Shown here piece by piece: positions 30,661-40,651 of a DNA stretch of 64,000 bases. Below the pieces are notes generated by a model, which had not been told where the DNA came from, made no database searches, and was given only the letters and a program-made list of their open reading frames with translations. Both the position numbers and the translations under genes were made by a program. The DNA is from a virus (taxonomy: Duplodnaviria; Caudoviricetes), in IMG/VR virus record IMGVR_UViG_3300012018_000002, positions 1-64,000 of that record; one strand, given 5' to 3'. Within the stretch, counting starts at the first letter, position 1, and the number at the start of each line of letters is the position of its first letter.

Positions 30661-31085
30661 TTTATAACATATTTAGTATTACCAACAATAAGACTTTTTA
30701 ATGTTCTATGGTCTACTTGACGAATAGCATGTCTTTTAGTTATCATTAAATCTCTTACATTACTTCTACCCATTTGATTTTCTGTTTCTAATAAATGACC
30801 TACTAAAATTCTTTCTTCACCATTAACTTTATTAAAAACTACGGTAAATACTTTGTCTCCAACATTAGTCAATATATTAGCCATCTCAGTTCTACTAACT
30901 TTTGTAGTTACAGCAAACTGGTTTGCACTGTTCATACCTTCGATTAAATCTTTACCTCTTATAGTAAATTTTTGACCTTTGATATTTGTTACATCTACAG
31001 AGCTTTCTCTTGAATTTACAGATACCACAGTTAAGTAATCTGTATAGGAGATAACTTCTCCAGCTCTTATTTTACTAAAATCCAT
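30657..31085 (-). CDS. Hypothetical phage protein
   Basis: 142-aa ORF. Confidence 0.7.
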   Translation of the reverse strand: MDFSKIRAGEVISYTDYLTVVSVNSRESSVDVTNIKGQKFTIRGKDLIEGMNSANQFAVTTKVSRTEMANILTNVGDKVFTVVFNKVNGEERILVGHLLETENQMGRSNVRDLMITKRHAIRQVDHRTLKSLIVGNTKYVIK

Positions 31086-31086
31086 G

Positions 31087-31166
31087 TAAGGAGAGAGAGA
31101 CTCGAACTCCCATGTTTTACCCTAGATTAAACGCATAATGCCTGTCTACCATTCCAGCATCTCCTT
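31087..31166 (-). ncRNA. tRNA-Leu-like RNA with non-canonical anticodon arm
   Basis: AAGGAGA/TCTCCTT acceptor, TGCTGGAATGGTAGACAG D-arm, GGGAG-TTCGAGT-CTCTC T-arm; no clean 5-bp/7-nt anticodon arm. Confidence 0.7.
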
Positions 31167-31170
31167 ATGT

Positions 31171-31204
31171 GCCACCCCACTTCAATATCCTTCGTTGGGG
31201 TGGC
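31171..31204. other. GC-rich hairpin closing the 31.2-31.6 kb RNA
   Basis: GCCACCCCA...TGGGGTGGC inverted repeat. Confidence 0.65.
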
Positions 31205-31214
31205 TTTTAATTTT

Positions 31215-31625
31215 TTTACAAATCAAAGTTGTAAATAAACTTTTTAGAACTTTATCATAAACTATAGCTAACTTAAACAGGTGCTCTGCCGACTGAGCTA
31301 ACTCGCCATAAAACCTTACAATCCTCATTCAAGGCAATGTAAGGTAGTAAATATTAAAAGTAAAGATTTGATTCTCAAATCTTGAGGTGAGTAAGGGAAT
31401 TGAACCCTTGACCTTCTGTCTTTTATTTTATGATGTTCTAATGGCTGAATATAAACCTAAAGCTTCTGATACAACACTAACTCCTGTCTAGGGCAGTTTA
31501 AATGCTAATTATCAGTCTGACGCTAAGGCTTTATCAGTAATTTTAAAACAAAGACCTGGTGAAATCAGTCACCATTAAGACTCTCCCATCGAACTCTAAG
31601 AGTTCTTATTGCACAGTCTTTGTTT
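31215..31625 (-). ncRNA. Structured RNA containing a circularly permuted tRNA module
   Basis: tRNA 3' half (31385-31420) is transcribed before the 5' half (31276-31307); linker hairpins; 5' multi-stem domain closed by AAACAAAGAC/GTCTTTGTTT. Confidence 0.7.
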
Positions 31626-31631
31626 AATCAT

Positions 31632-32420
31632 TTATCCATGAAGGTATCTAAAAATTCTATCAGCCGTTAATTCTGAATTAACTGCTTCAACATCATTTGC
31701 TACCTTCAGTGCTTCAGTTATTGCTGTAAGCAATACTTGTCTTCTTCTTAAAAGTTCTGCTTTTTGTCTATGTGACCATTCACCAGAGTATTTCTGGAAA
31801 CTGTAATCACCTAATTCAATAGTAGTATCTTTTTGTGCTAATTGAGGAGTATATCTTGCACCATCTATTTTATCAATATTTGGGTCATTTAAAATATAAC
31901 TCTCTTTCATTGTAGATTTTTTAACACCTGTTTGTAAAGGTGATTCAAAAACACCAGTTCTACCAGAATAAGATTCTGCTGAAGATGGGTTCCAAATTTC
32001 AGAATCACTTCTTACAGGTATATTGGTATACATTTTTTCAAAATCACCATTTTCTACTAAGCTTTTTAATCTTAATAACTCAAGTGAACTAAATGTTCCC
32101 CAACTAATAGTATCTACAACTAATTCTGCTCTAGCTATACCACATGCATTAGTTGCTTCTAAAGCAAATAAAGAATCAATGTAATCATGTGACCCTTGTA
32201 ATAACCAGGTTAGTTTTTCATCTACAGTTGTAACAATTCTTTTTTCTCCTCTATCTCCAGGAACATCAATAGTTCCAGGTCTAGGTTCATAAGTCTTTCT
32301 TTCTCCTTTAAAATCACCTTGATTGCTTCTAAAATAAGAAACATAGTCTGAAATCATTGCTCTGAAAGATGCTGCTAACAAATCTGTTTTAGCTAACAGC
32401 GTGTTTAATTTAATGCTCAT
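31632..32420 (-). CDS. Uncharacterised helical protein, candidate partner of the downstream RNA
   Basis: 262-aa ORF (KLNTLLA...FKGERKTYEP...ELL.LK...LK.AND); the structured RNA starts a few nt after its stop. Confidence 0.75.
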   Translation of the reverse strand: MSIKLNTLLAKTDLLAASFRAMISDYVSYFRSNQGDFKGERKTYEPRPGTIDVPGDRGEKRIVTTVDEKLTWLLQGSHDYIDSLFALEATNACGIARAELVVDTISWGTFSSLELLRLKSLVENGDFEKMYTNIPVRSDSEIWNPSSAESYSGRTGVFESPLQTGVKKSTMKESYILNDPNIDKIDGARYTPQLAQKDTTIELGDYSFQKYSGEWSHRQKAELLRRRQVLLTAITEALKVANDVEAVNSELTADRIFRYLHG

Positions 32421-34381
32421 AATTTTATTTGGTTTAATTCAATTTTTTCTATTTGATTTAGTATTCTATATGCTTTTTCTATATAATAATTATAATCAAT
32501 ATTATAATCATCTTTCTTAACATATCTATTAAATACTTCTATATTCCAACCTGCTTCTATTTGTGATTGTCTAGTTCCATCTTCGATGTTACCAAATATA
32601 TCTATTTGAAAAGTAGGTTTCTTTTTATTCAACGGTTTCATTCTTTTTAACAAAACTTTATCAGTATTAGATATATAATATCTTACTGTTCTTTGTTCTG
32701 TATATTCATCTTGTGTCATTATATCTCTAACTACAAGATTATCTTCTTTATTTGCTCTAACAGCACAACAGAAATCATATATATTCTTATGATTTCTAAT
32801 TGTATCTTCTAAAGGAATATTATTTTTAAAATACTCCTGAAGTGCAATAGCAACTACTTTTCTACTTTTATTTTTATGTAATTCTAACTCTGATACAAAA
32901 TCACCTTTAGTTTTAGCTTTACCATCTGGTTTTATAGCTATATAATCATTCACTGATGTTTGTGCAAACATAGTAAAATCTTGATATTCAAGATTACCCA
33001 TTGTATCATTCCCTACTTTCTTCTCCCAATCACTACATATTTTATTATAGAGTTCTTCTTTTTCTCTGTCAAGATAACATAATACACCATCTGTATTAGC
33101 AGATACTACATATATGTCATTTAACATTAAGTCCTCAATTAACATTAATAAGTCAATTTGAGAACCAATAGTAACACAATTCATACTAAAAGGGTCATAC
33201 TGCCAATTAAAGGTTTCACCCATTTTACCAAATGAGCCACCATTTAAAGCTAATTTAAAAGCTTCATCAATTGCCTTGTATTTACCATCTTTAGTTTCTT
33301 TAAATTTCTTTTTAGCACCTATTCTTTTTTGAATAATCGAAGAATAAATACCTAACCAAGGTTCACCTAAATGTCTTGGAAATAATCTTCTTTTTCTAAT
33401 AGCATTTGGATACATTGAACCAACATCTGCATCTCTTAGTAAATATCTGTTATTAGATATAAACCATCTTGGACTATCTTCACTATGTAATCCACCTTTT
33501 GCTATAGTTAATGTTAAGTAATCTACTTTAAAAGTAAATACTTGTTTTTCATCTAATTCTACCTTAACATGTTTTAGCTTATCAAAATAGTCGTTAAAAT
33601 GTTTTGTTTTAAAACTATAATAATCAGGAAAACAATCACCAAAAGTAAAATCATTACTTTCTTTTGTTAAGTTTTTTAGTTCTTGCTTTTCAACATTTGT
33701 TGTAGCAATATAATTTGTTTTTATTATTTCTTCACCTATTTTAACATCATTATAGTTAAAACAGTCTATCTTAAATTCTTCATAAATATCACCTCTTAAT
33801 GATAACTTGTTTATTCCTTTATACAAAGGATGGTCAGTTCTACCCATTGTATATTCATACAAAGCTTCAGTAGAATCAACATCATTCATACAATAATAAA
33901 TAATATCATCTACTTGTTGTTTAGTTTCAATAACAGTATCATGACTTATAGGCATCTCTCTTAAATCTTCCCAATCAATAGAAAATTGAATCCATTTAAG
34001 AGAAGTTCTTTTTGCATCATTATCAAAATGCCATATCTTAAATAAATCAAGATTAGTTACCTTTAAATCATTATAATTAGGATATTTAGATTGATTTGTT
34101 ATAATGGATTGAGCAACTTTATATATTTGATTAGCTGATAATTTTTTATCAAACATTTTTCTAATAACCTGGGCATCAAAACCTAAATTATTAAAACCGA
34201 TTAATAGAGTTACTTTGTTTTTTAAAAAATCTATTAACTCATTATAATCATCAACATCCTTCCATATAACAAATACCTTTCTTTCTTTTGTAGAAACATT
34301 TTTAAAACATACTACAAAACAATTAATTAAAGTTTCAATATCATATATCCACATCATCAAACTTTTTATCATCATATTCAA
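32417..34381 (-). CDS. polB: Family B DNA polymerase (crAss-like)
   Basis: Exo YDIE, GFN..FD, YC.ND; Pol DVGSMYPN, KLALNG.SFGK, NTDG. Confidence 0.92.
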   Translation of the reverse strand: MNMMIKSLMMWIYDIETLINCFVVCFKNVSTKERKVFVIWKDVDDYNELIDFLKNKVTLLIGFNNLGFDAQVIRKMFDKKLSANQIYKVAQSIITNQSKYPNYNDLKVTNLDLFKIWHFDNDAKRTSLKWIQFSIDWEDLREMPISHDTVIETKQQVDDIIYYCMNDVDSTEALYEYTMGRTDHPLYKGINKLSLRGDIYEEFKIDCFNYNDVKIGEEIIKTNYIATTNVEKQELKNLTKESNDFTFGDCFPDYYSFKTKHFNDYFDKLKHVKVELDEKQVFTFKVDYLTLTIAKGGLHSEDSPRWFISNNRYLLRDADVGSMYPNAIRKRRLFPRHLGEPWLGIYSSIIQKRIGAKKKFKETKDGKYKAIDEAFKLALNGGSFGKMGETFNWQYDPFSMNCVTIGSQIDLLMLIEDLMLNDIYVVSANTDGVLCYLDREKEELYNKICSDWEKKVGNDTMGNLEYQDFTMFAQTSVNDYIAIKPDGKAKTKGDFVSELELHKNKSRKVVAIALQEYFKNNIPLEDTIRNHKNIYDFCCAVRANKEDNLVVRDIMTQDEYTEQRTVRYYISNTDKVLLKRMKPLNKKKPTFQIDIFGNIEDGTRQSQIEAGWNIEVFNRYVKKDDYNIDYNYYIEKAYRILNQIEKIELNQIKL

Positions 34382-34784
34382 GTTTTATCGGATGAAAAAA
34401 CTTATTTATATGAGGGTCTACGTTTTCATTTATTTCATGCTCATCAAAATGTTGATAAGTAGTATATTTAATTACTTTTCTTTTATCTTTTCCTGCATAT
34501 AATACTTTCCTTATGTTCATAACTTTCTGAAAACCAATAGGATATACTTTACTTTCTACAAATTCTATTAGCCATTTTTCACTAGAATATATAGTAGGTT
34601 GATAATCAATCATTTCATTTGGATTCTGTTCATTGTATTTATCAACATTAGATAAAAGATGAAGGTCATCATCACTATAAAAACTTAAACCTTCACCTTT
34701 GTATTTAAGCAATTTAGCTTTACCAACATAATTTTTATTATTTTGATAATCTAAATAAATATCTTCTACTTTATTTTTTTTCAT
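34341..34784 (-). CDS. Hypothetical phage protein
   Basis: 147-aa ORF. Confidence 0.65.
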   Translation of the reverse strand: MKKNKVEDIYLDYQNNKNYVGKAKLLKYKGEGLSFYSDDDLHLLSNVDKYNEQNPNEMIDYQPTIYSSEKWLIEFVESKVYPIGFQKVMNIRKVLYAGKDKRKVIKYTTYQHFDEHEINENVDPHINKFFHPIKLEYDDKKFDDVDI

Positions 34785-35049
34785 TTACAATACAGAAATT
34801 ATCATTATAAATACCAGTTTTAAAATTATGTTGTTTAAAACTTTCTTTATTATTTAAGTAATTAATTAAGTATTCCTTTGCCACATTCAAACTAATAATA
34901 TTAAAACCAGCATCATATTGTTGCATTACATTTAAAAATATAATGTTTGGAACACTTACAATATTAATTTCAGGAAATATTATTAGTTGTTGAATTGCAT
35001 TATACAGAACGTCTTTTATTGGTTCCCAAGGATATATTTTTTCTTCCAT
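34771..35049 (-). CDS. Hypothetical phage protein
   Basis: 92-aa ORF. Confidence 0.6.
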   Translation of the reverse strand: MEEKIYPWEPIKDVLYNAIQQLIIFPEINIVSVPNIIFLNVMQQYDAGFNIISLNVAKEYLINYLNNKESFKQHNFKTGIYNDNFCIVNEKK

Positions 35050-35413
35050 GAACTGCTTTTTTTAATTCTTGAAAAGTATTTTCTTTTAATTTTCTTACTA
35101 ACATTGACATTAAACCTCTTGGTTCATAACCTGAATTAATTAAAGCCAAAAACGCAGCTTTTTTTGCATTAATACTTAATCTTTCAAAGTGTCTATTATA
35201 ATTAATACCATAACTTAACATACTATTAACCTTAGCTACACCTAATTCAGTTAATGGGTCTACAATAGCATAAGCATCTATTAATTTCTTTTCTGCTAGA
35301 GAAATTAATGCATTTTGAGTATTATAATCATCAGGTTCTACATTGATAAAATCTAATGAACCTTCATGTAATCTCAATAAAGTAATTGCTTCGTTTATAT
35401 TTAATTTTTCCAT
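35000..35413 (-). CDS. Hypothetical phage protein
   Basis: 137-aa ORF. Confidence 0.6.
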   Translation of the reverse strand: MEKLNINEAITLLRLHEGSLDFINVEPDDYNTQNALISLAEKKLIDAYAIVDPLTELGVAKVNSMLSYGINYNRHFERLSINAKKAAFLALINSGYEPRGLMSMLVRKLKENTFQELKKAVHGRKNISLGTNKRRSV

Positions 35414-35415
35414 AA

Positions 35416-35452
35416 TAAAAAAATATTGGGAGAGCCATATACCCTCCCAATA
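35416..35452 (-). terminator. Intrinsic terminator
   Basis: Minus strand TATTGGGAG-GGTATATGGCT-CTCCCAATA followed by a T tract. Confidence 0.7.
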
Positions 35453-35460
35453 AACTAAAT

Positions 35461-35877
35461 TTAATCAGCCAATACTGGAGCTGATAATCTTCTGCTTAAA
35501 GTTCTTTCAACAAGAACCTCAAAGTCAGGAGCATCTGTATCACCTAATACAATAGCTGTATAGGTATTAACAGTTCTTACTTCACCTGAATTGGTATCAG
35601 TGATACTATAAGGTTCTACTGTTCTTGTAACAATATCACCTGTAACATATTCACCTACCGGCAAACTATAACCAAATTCTTCTTTTCCATTAAGATATGA
35701 TTCCTCATATACATTCATAGAAGAAGTTTTTGTTGGAACGCTCACACGAACATTTCCCACACCAGGAACATTTTGCATCTGTGTGCCAATTGTCTGGAAA
35801 GTGATAGTTTTGTAATTTTTGCCATTTTTGTCTTGTTTAACGGCAGATTCGGCTACTTTTTTCAAAAGTTTTCCCAT
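35461..35877 (-). CDS. Beta-rich protein, possible OB-fold/SSB-like
   Basis: 138-aa ORF (DKNGKNYKTITF...); has its own terminator. Confidence 0.5.
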   Translation of the reverse strand: MGKLLKKVAESAVKQDKNGKNYKTITFQTIGTQMQNVPGVGNVRVSVPTKTSSMNVYEESYLNGKEEFGYSLPVGEYVTGDIVTRTVEPYSITDTNSGEVRTVNTYTAIVLGDTDAPDFEVLVERTLSRRLSAPVLAD

Positions 35878-36102
35878 TTTTTCTAATTTTTAATTGTTTT
35901 TTGACTGATGAGCAGTTCCACCCTGTAGATTACTACAATTTTAAAAGGCTTCTAAGATTATTGAAATGAAATACTTCATGGAATCTTGTAATTCCAGGGT
36001 TTCCATCTTTCAAAGAATCATAAACTTTTTTGTTTTGGAAAGCAGGAGTCTTTTTTTTGGCTAGACTAAGTGCTTGTTTTTTGTTGATTGTTGATGTAAT
36101 TA

Positions 36103-36408
36103 TCATATAGCTGATTTTAAATGAAAAATCTTCCTTCTTACTATCAATAAAGTTTCAGGTTTACCATTGATTGATGCTTCATGAGAAGACATAATAGTAT
36201 CACCTTTCTGTTCTTTATATTTAGATTCAATTATTCTAAAACGTATAAATTGAGCAACTTTGTTTTTATTAGTTAATCTGTAATTTCTTTGAAATCTATT
36301 TGGATAGAATATCGGTGTTCCATCTTCTTCAACTCCAAGCTGTGTTCTGGTTATATGATAACCAAGCGGTAGAGATTTTACTTGTTCTCTTGTATACGGT
36401 TTATTCAT
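36103..36408 (-). CDS. Hypothetical phage protein
   Basis: 101-aa ORF. Confidence 0.6.
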   Translation of the reverse strand: MNKPYTREQVKSLPLGYHITRTQLGVEEDGTPIFYPNRFQRNYRLTNKNKVAQFIRFRIIESKYKEQKGDTIMSSHEASINGKPETLLIVRRKIFHLKSAI

Positions 36409-37931
36409 AATTTATTAATTAATATTACTTTATCATCTGTTTGACAAATAATACCTGCTTTTGATGTTGTTAATATTGAATTTTCTGTGATATAATCACA
36501 TGAAATTTCTGCTACCTTTGTAGAAAAAGAATATACATCTAATCTTTTATCTTCAGGAACAAATGTTAAGTTATTTAATACACAAAATCTTCGCATATCA
36601 TCTAACTCTGGTCCTAATTCAAGAGACATTCCATCAACTGTAGCCAAATAAGTTTTAATTCTATTTCCTTCTTTTATTTTAATACATAACATTTTATCTC
36701 TCTTATAAGCATCTCTTATATCATATTTTGTTCTTAATGTGAACAAACCTGATGGATGTGCCCATAATAACCATTTCTGACCACTTATACTTTGAATTAA
36801 TACTTCATCTCCTTTAACTAAAGAAGGTATATAAATATTATTCTTATATAATTGTTTTATATTTAAATCAAATATGGTATAACTATCAGCTAAATTACTT
36901 AATCCAATAAAATAATCACCAGATTTAAATAATAAAGGATGTGGAGACCAAGGTTTAAATGTAGTAGTAAATGTTGAATGAACAGATATATCATATTGTG
37001 ACATTACATTGTTCTTATCAAAAGTTATCAACATGTTGTTAATTACTTCATAATATTTTACATTATCTTGTATCTGTTTGATACTTAAAGAGTTAACAAT
37101 AGATGTAACAATTTTAGGAGTTGATTTTTGAATGATTTTTAAGTCATCTAAATCAATTATAAATCTTCTGTCATATTGAAATATATCTAAAAATTGATTA
37201 TGAATACGAGAATTAGTAATCGGTTCATAAAACGAAGGAATAATAATATCAGTATTTTTTGATAATATTGACAAATGTTTTAATACTCTCTCTTCTATTG
37301 TCTTATATTTTTTGTGAACACCCTTATATGGATGCATAAATGTAGAAGCATTAAAAGTGAGAATACTAAGGCTGAAATAATCAGAGTATTTGTCTATTTT
37401 ATCATGTAACCAATCTCTAATATCATTTAACATAATACCAGAATGTGGTTTACTGTTTGTTTGATAACTATCAGTATCAATAAAATAAACATCTCCATTA
37501 TTTGTAAAAAGTAAATTATAAGGATTTAAATCACCTATAACTACATCATGACTATGTGCTTCTTTTAAGCCTTTAATAAGAGAGTCAAATACTTTCTTTT
37601 TAAAATCAGAATCATAGTTGTTTTTATTACATTCAGCTTTACTAAATAAATTTGTAAATGGAAACATACTTCCCATATCTAAATAAGGCATAGAAAAACC
37701 TACGATTTGCTTACGTATATTGTAATACAAATCAATAGGTTTAATAAATTGCGAACTTAATTTAGATAATTCATTTAGAAAAGTTTGATTAATAGTTGGT
37801 TTTATATGAGAGTGATATATTTTTACTACTCTGTCTTTTGACATTTTATAAATAATACCTTCACCTCCACTACCAAGTTCTTTTGAAGTGTCTATTGTTA
37901 CTTCGTTTCCTTTGTTATCAAATATTTTCAT
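36405..37931 (-). CDS. Ser/Thr protein kinase (TerY-P type) with beta-rich C-terminus
   Basis: LGSGGEG.IY, VKIY, IGDLNPYN, IDTDS, D.FS, HPYKG. Confidence 0.88.
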   Translation of the reverse strand: MKIFDNKGNEVTIDTSKELGSGGEGIIYKMSKDRVVKIYHSHIKPTINQTFLNELSKLSSQFIKPIDLYYNIRKQIVGFSMPYLDMGSMFPFTNLFSKAECNKNNYDSDFKKKVFDSLIKGLKEAHSHDVVIGDLNPYNLLFTNNGDVYFIDTDSYQTNSKPHSGIMLNDIRDWLHDKIDKYSDYFSLSILTFNASTFMHPYKGVHKKYKTIEERVLKHLSILSKNTDIIIPSFYEPITNSRIHNQFLDIFQYDRRFIIDLDDLKIIQKSTPKIVTSIVNSLSIKQIQDNVKYYEVINNMLITFDKNNVMSQYDISVHSTFTTTFKPWSPHPLLFKSGDYFIGLSNLADSYTIFDLNIKQLYKNNIYIPSLVKGDEVLIQSISGQKWLLWAHPSGLFTLRTKYDIRDAYKRDKMLCIKIKEGNRIKTYLATVDGMSLELGPELDDMRRFCVLNNLTFVPEDKRLDVYSFSTKVAEISCDYITENSILTTSKAGIICQTDDKVILINKL

Positions 37932-38628
37932 ATCGAATTATAGATATATCATCTTCATATCTATGTGTATTAGAAATTATATTTAATTTTCTATCCAACA
38001 TAGCATGAGAATGATGTAGTGATAAATCATCCAATAAATAATCTATTGGATTTATTTCTGTTTGTTTTATAAGTCTGATTGCTTCAATACCATCAGTGCA
38101 AATGCTAAACTTCTCAACATCTTTATAAACAGCAGTATTTTTTTCTATATAATTATCCAAGTCTTTAAAATTATAAACTAGATAATCAGGTGCATTATTT
38201 GGAGATATAATATTAATCATTACATTGTTAATATAAATACTACCATCACCAAATGAATATACCACTAATACCTTTTTATATGGATTATATATAAAAATTA
38301 AAGCTGTTGATAAACATTCCATTTCTTTAAAATTTAAAACAGCTACTGCTGCTTTAAATGTTTTTATTGCATCATTAATAGGAGTTAATAACTCCTTATG
38401 AGTAATTACATCTAAATATTTAAAGAAATCTCTAACGTATGGATACCAATTATCAAATGCATTTTTAAAACATGTAGATAATAATCCAGAAGCTAAATGG
38501 CTTCTAATTCCACTACTACATCCATCAAAAACACCACCAATAATCAATGAATCAAACTCAAGAACAAAGAGGGAATCCTCACAATAATTCTTGTGAGAAT
38601 CCCCTTTTCTTATTCCTGTCCAAATCAT
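37918..38628 (-). CDS. PP2C-family protein phosphatase
   Basis: G.SH...CED, FDGCSSG, GDG, CTDG, DD. Confidence 0.85.
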   Translation of the reverse strand: MIWTGIRKGDSHKNYCEDSLFVLEFDSLIIGGVFDGCSSGIRSHLASGLLSTCFKNAFDNWYPYVRDFFKYLDVITHKELLTPINDAIKTFKAAVAVLNFKEMECLSTALIFIYNPYKKVLVVYSFGDGSIYINNVMINIISPNNAPDYLVYNFKDLDNYIEKNTAVYKDVEKFSICTDGIEAIRLIKQTEINPIDYLLDDLSLHHSHAMLDRKLNIISNTHRYEDDISIIRYENI

Positions 38629-38631
38629 TTT

Positions 38632-39312
38632 TTAAAATTGAATAGGCTGATTAGTTGAGCTTTTACTTACAGAAGCAGAGATAAAGCCAATAAGCTTTCT
38701 TACTTCTTTACCTGTATTACCTACTACAGCCAAATGTTTAAATCCTGATGAATTAAAAGAACTTTCATAATATTGTCTGTTACCAATACCAAAGAAAATA
38801 GTTTCAAATGAAAAAACATTTCTTTCTTCTTTCATTAAATCCTGTAATTGTCTTTTAACATCAGTAAGGTCTCTACCTGTATTAGATTCTCCATCAGTAA
38901 TTACAAAAACCAATGATTTACAGTTAACACCTGTTTTTTCAAGGTCTTCTCTGTATTTAACAGTGGCTTCTACTGCTTTAAAAGCAGCATCACCTAATGC
39001 AGTGCTACTACCTTTTGGTATAAATGTTACATGTGAAGCATCAATATTAACAATAGGCTGAAAACCTGTGCGGTCAACAACATTTTCATTAAACTCAATG
39101 ATTTTAACCATTAATTTGCTTGATACATGACTTCTTTGCATTTCTGCAATAAATTCACTAAAAGCAGAATTTAAATCATCTACTTTATCTTCCATTGAAG
39201 GAGAAATATCACATGCAATAGTTACCAAAATTACTTCATCTGTTTGTATTTCAGTTGGGTCAAAGTTGTCAAAACCAAACCCTGGAGTTATTAAATTAAA
39301 TTGATTTTCCAT
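38632..39312 (-). CDS. TerY-like vWA domain protein
   Basis: DISPSM MIDAS, STALGDA, ITDGE, FGIG, FISASV. Confidence 0.85.
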   Translation of the reverse strand: MENQFNLITPGFGFDNFDPTEIQTDEVILVTIACDISPSMEDKVDDLNSAFSEFIAEMQRSHVSSKLMVKIIEFNENVVDRTGFQPIVNIDASHVTFIPKGSSTALGDAAFKAVEATVKYREDLEKTGVNCKSLVFVITDGESNTGRDLTDVKRQLQDLMKEERNVFSFETIFFGIGNRQYYESSFNSSGFKHLAVVGNTGKEVRKLIGFISASVSKSSTNQPIQF

Positions 39313-40115
39313 TATAATAAATTATTTGTAGATTTAGAAACTCTAACACCTTTACTGATACAATCAGTATAAATGTCATTTACTTGTTGATAAAAAGCTG
39401 GTGGTAAATCAGGAACATCGCTCATACAATCTTCAAGAATAATAATCTTAGAAGCTAATGCAGGAACTTCATTTACTGCTTGGCGTAAACTATTAGCCAC
39501 ACAATGACTACGAGCTTCACCAACCAAATAAACATCATCATATTCCATTAGTGTTTTAACCAAATCCTGATTAAATTGAGTTTTTGGGTCTTCAGGCATT
39601 TCAATATTTGCCCTGAATGCACCAAAATGCTCAGTATAAGGATTATCACCTTTTGTTACAAATTTCACAGGAATTTTTCTTGTAGCTTCCCATTCATTAA
39701 TTGCCGCATGAAGAGGTTCATACAATGAAGCACCTTTACTACCAATCAAACAATGATAAGTCCAGATAAAATGAGAGAACTCACCTTGTTCTTCTAATCG
39801 TTTTACATAATCTATACTCCAAGTAGGAGCAAATAAAGGTGTATATTTACCATCCAATAAATCCTGATAGGAAATTGGTGTAAATGGTAAAACATTTACT
39901 CCATCTTTATCTACCCACCATGAAGGATGAGAAATATCAATAGTTCTATGTGAGTCCAAGGTGCAAGATATAGAACTAATTTCTGCACCATGTTTTTTAA
40001 TAAATGCAGCAACTCTGTCCATGTCATTAGTTGCACCTTTAACAGGTAAAGCACTTCCTGGTAAATCCATGAAATCTACCTGTCCATCAATAATTAATAA
40101 TGCTATTTTTTTCAT
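39312..40115 (-). CDS. Nicotinamidase/isochorismatase-family hydrolase
   Basis: IIDGQVDF, GSAL.V.GA, LDSH...I.H..W, HC, KG, GEARSHCV. Confidence 0.85.
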   Translation of the reverse strand: MKKIALLIIDGQVDFMDLPGSALPVKGATNDMDRVAAFIKKHGAEISSISCTLDSHRTIDISHPSWWVDKDGVNVLPFTPISYQDLLDGKYTPLFAPTWSIDYVKRLEEQGEFSHFIWTYHCLIGSKGASLYEPLHAAINEWEATRKIPVKFVTKGDNPYTEHFGAFRANIEMPEDPKTQFNQDLVKTLMEYDDVYLVGEARSHCVANSLRQAVNEVPALASKIIILEDCMSDVPDLPPAFYQQVNDIYTDCISKGVRVSKSTNNLL

Positions 40116-40651
40116 AATGTTTCTTTTGATTCTTCAATTTGTTTTAAATCTTTTGGTGGTATAATAGGTAAGTAAACTTCTTCTCCAACCTCTAAACCAA
40201 TTTCAATAAAGTCAGGAATATTTTTTAAATCTTCTTCTGTAATAAAATGTTTTCTCAAACCTAATACTTCAATGTCTGAAGATTTTTTTCTACTAAAATA
40301 AGCATTCCATACTAATGTGCGAAATTGTTTAGAATGAATAAATGGAAATAATAAATTAGCAATTTGCTCATTATTCATTTTAATAAAATTTCTAACATCC
40401 ATTACTACTGGAAATGTAGCTTCAATATTTCTTTTATACAATACCTTGTTTAAAGATTCCATTCTTGCTACTTCTTTGTTTTGAACATCTTCATAGTATT
40501 TAGATACTGATTCAGATGCTACAGTTTTTCTTTCTTCTCCTATCATCTTTTCGATGATGCAGGTTGTTTTTGTGGTTACTTTACCTTCTTCTACAGTAGT
40601 TGTATACTGCCAACGAATATAATAGTCTTCACCATTGTAGTTAATTTTCAT
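40112..40651 (-). CDS. Hypothetical phage protein
   Basis: 179-aa ORF. Confidence 0.65.
   Translation of the reverse strand: MKINYNGEDYYIRWQYTTTVEEGKVTTKTTCIIEKMIGEERKTVASESVSKYYEDVQNKEVARMESLNKVLYKRNIEATFPVVMDVRNFIKMNNEQIANLLFPFIHSKQFRTLVWNAYFSRKKSSDIEVLGLRKHFITEEDLKNIPDFIEIGLEVGEEVYLPIIPPKDLKQIEESKETL

Noticed and set aside
35904-35925. CTGATGAG hammerhead-like core on the plus strand
   Set aside because: No correctly placed GAAA or stems I/III, and it is opposite to the transcribed strand
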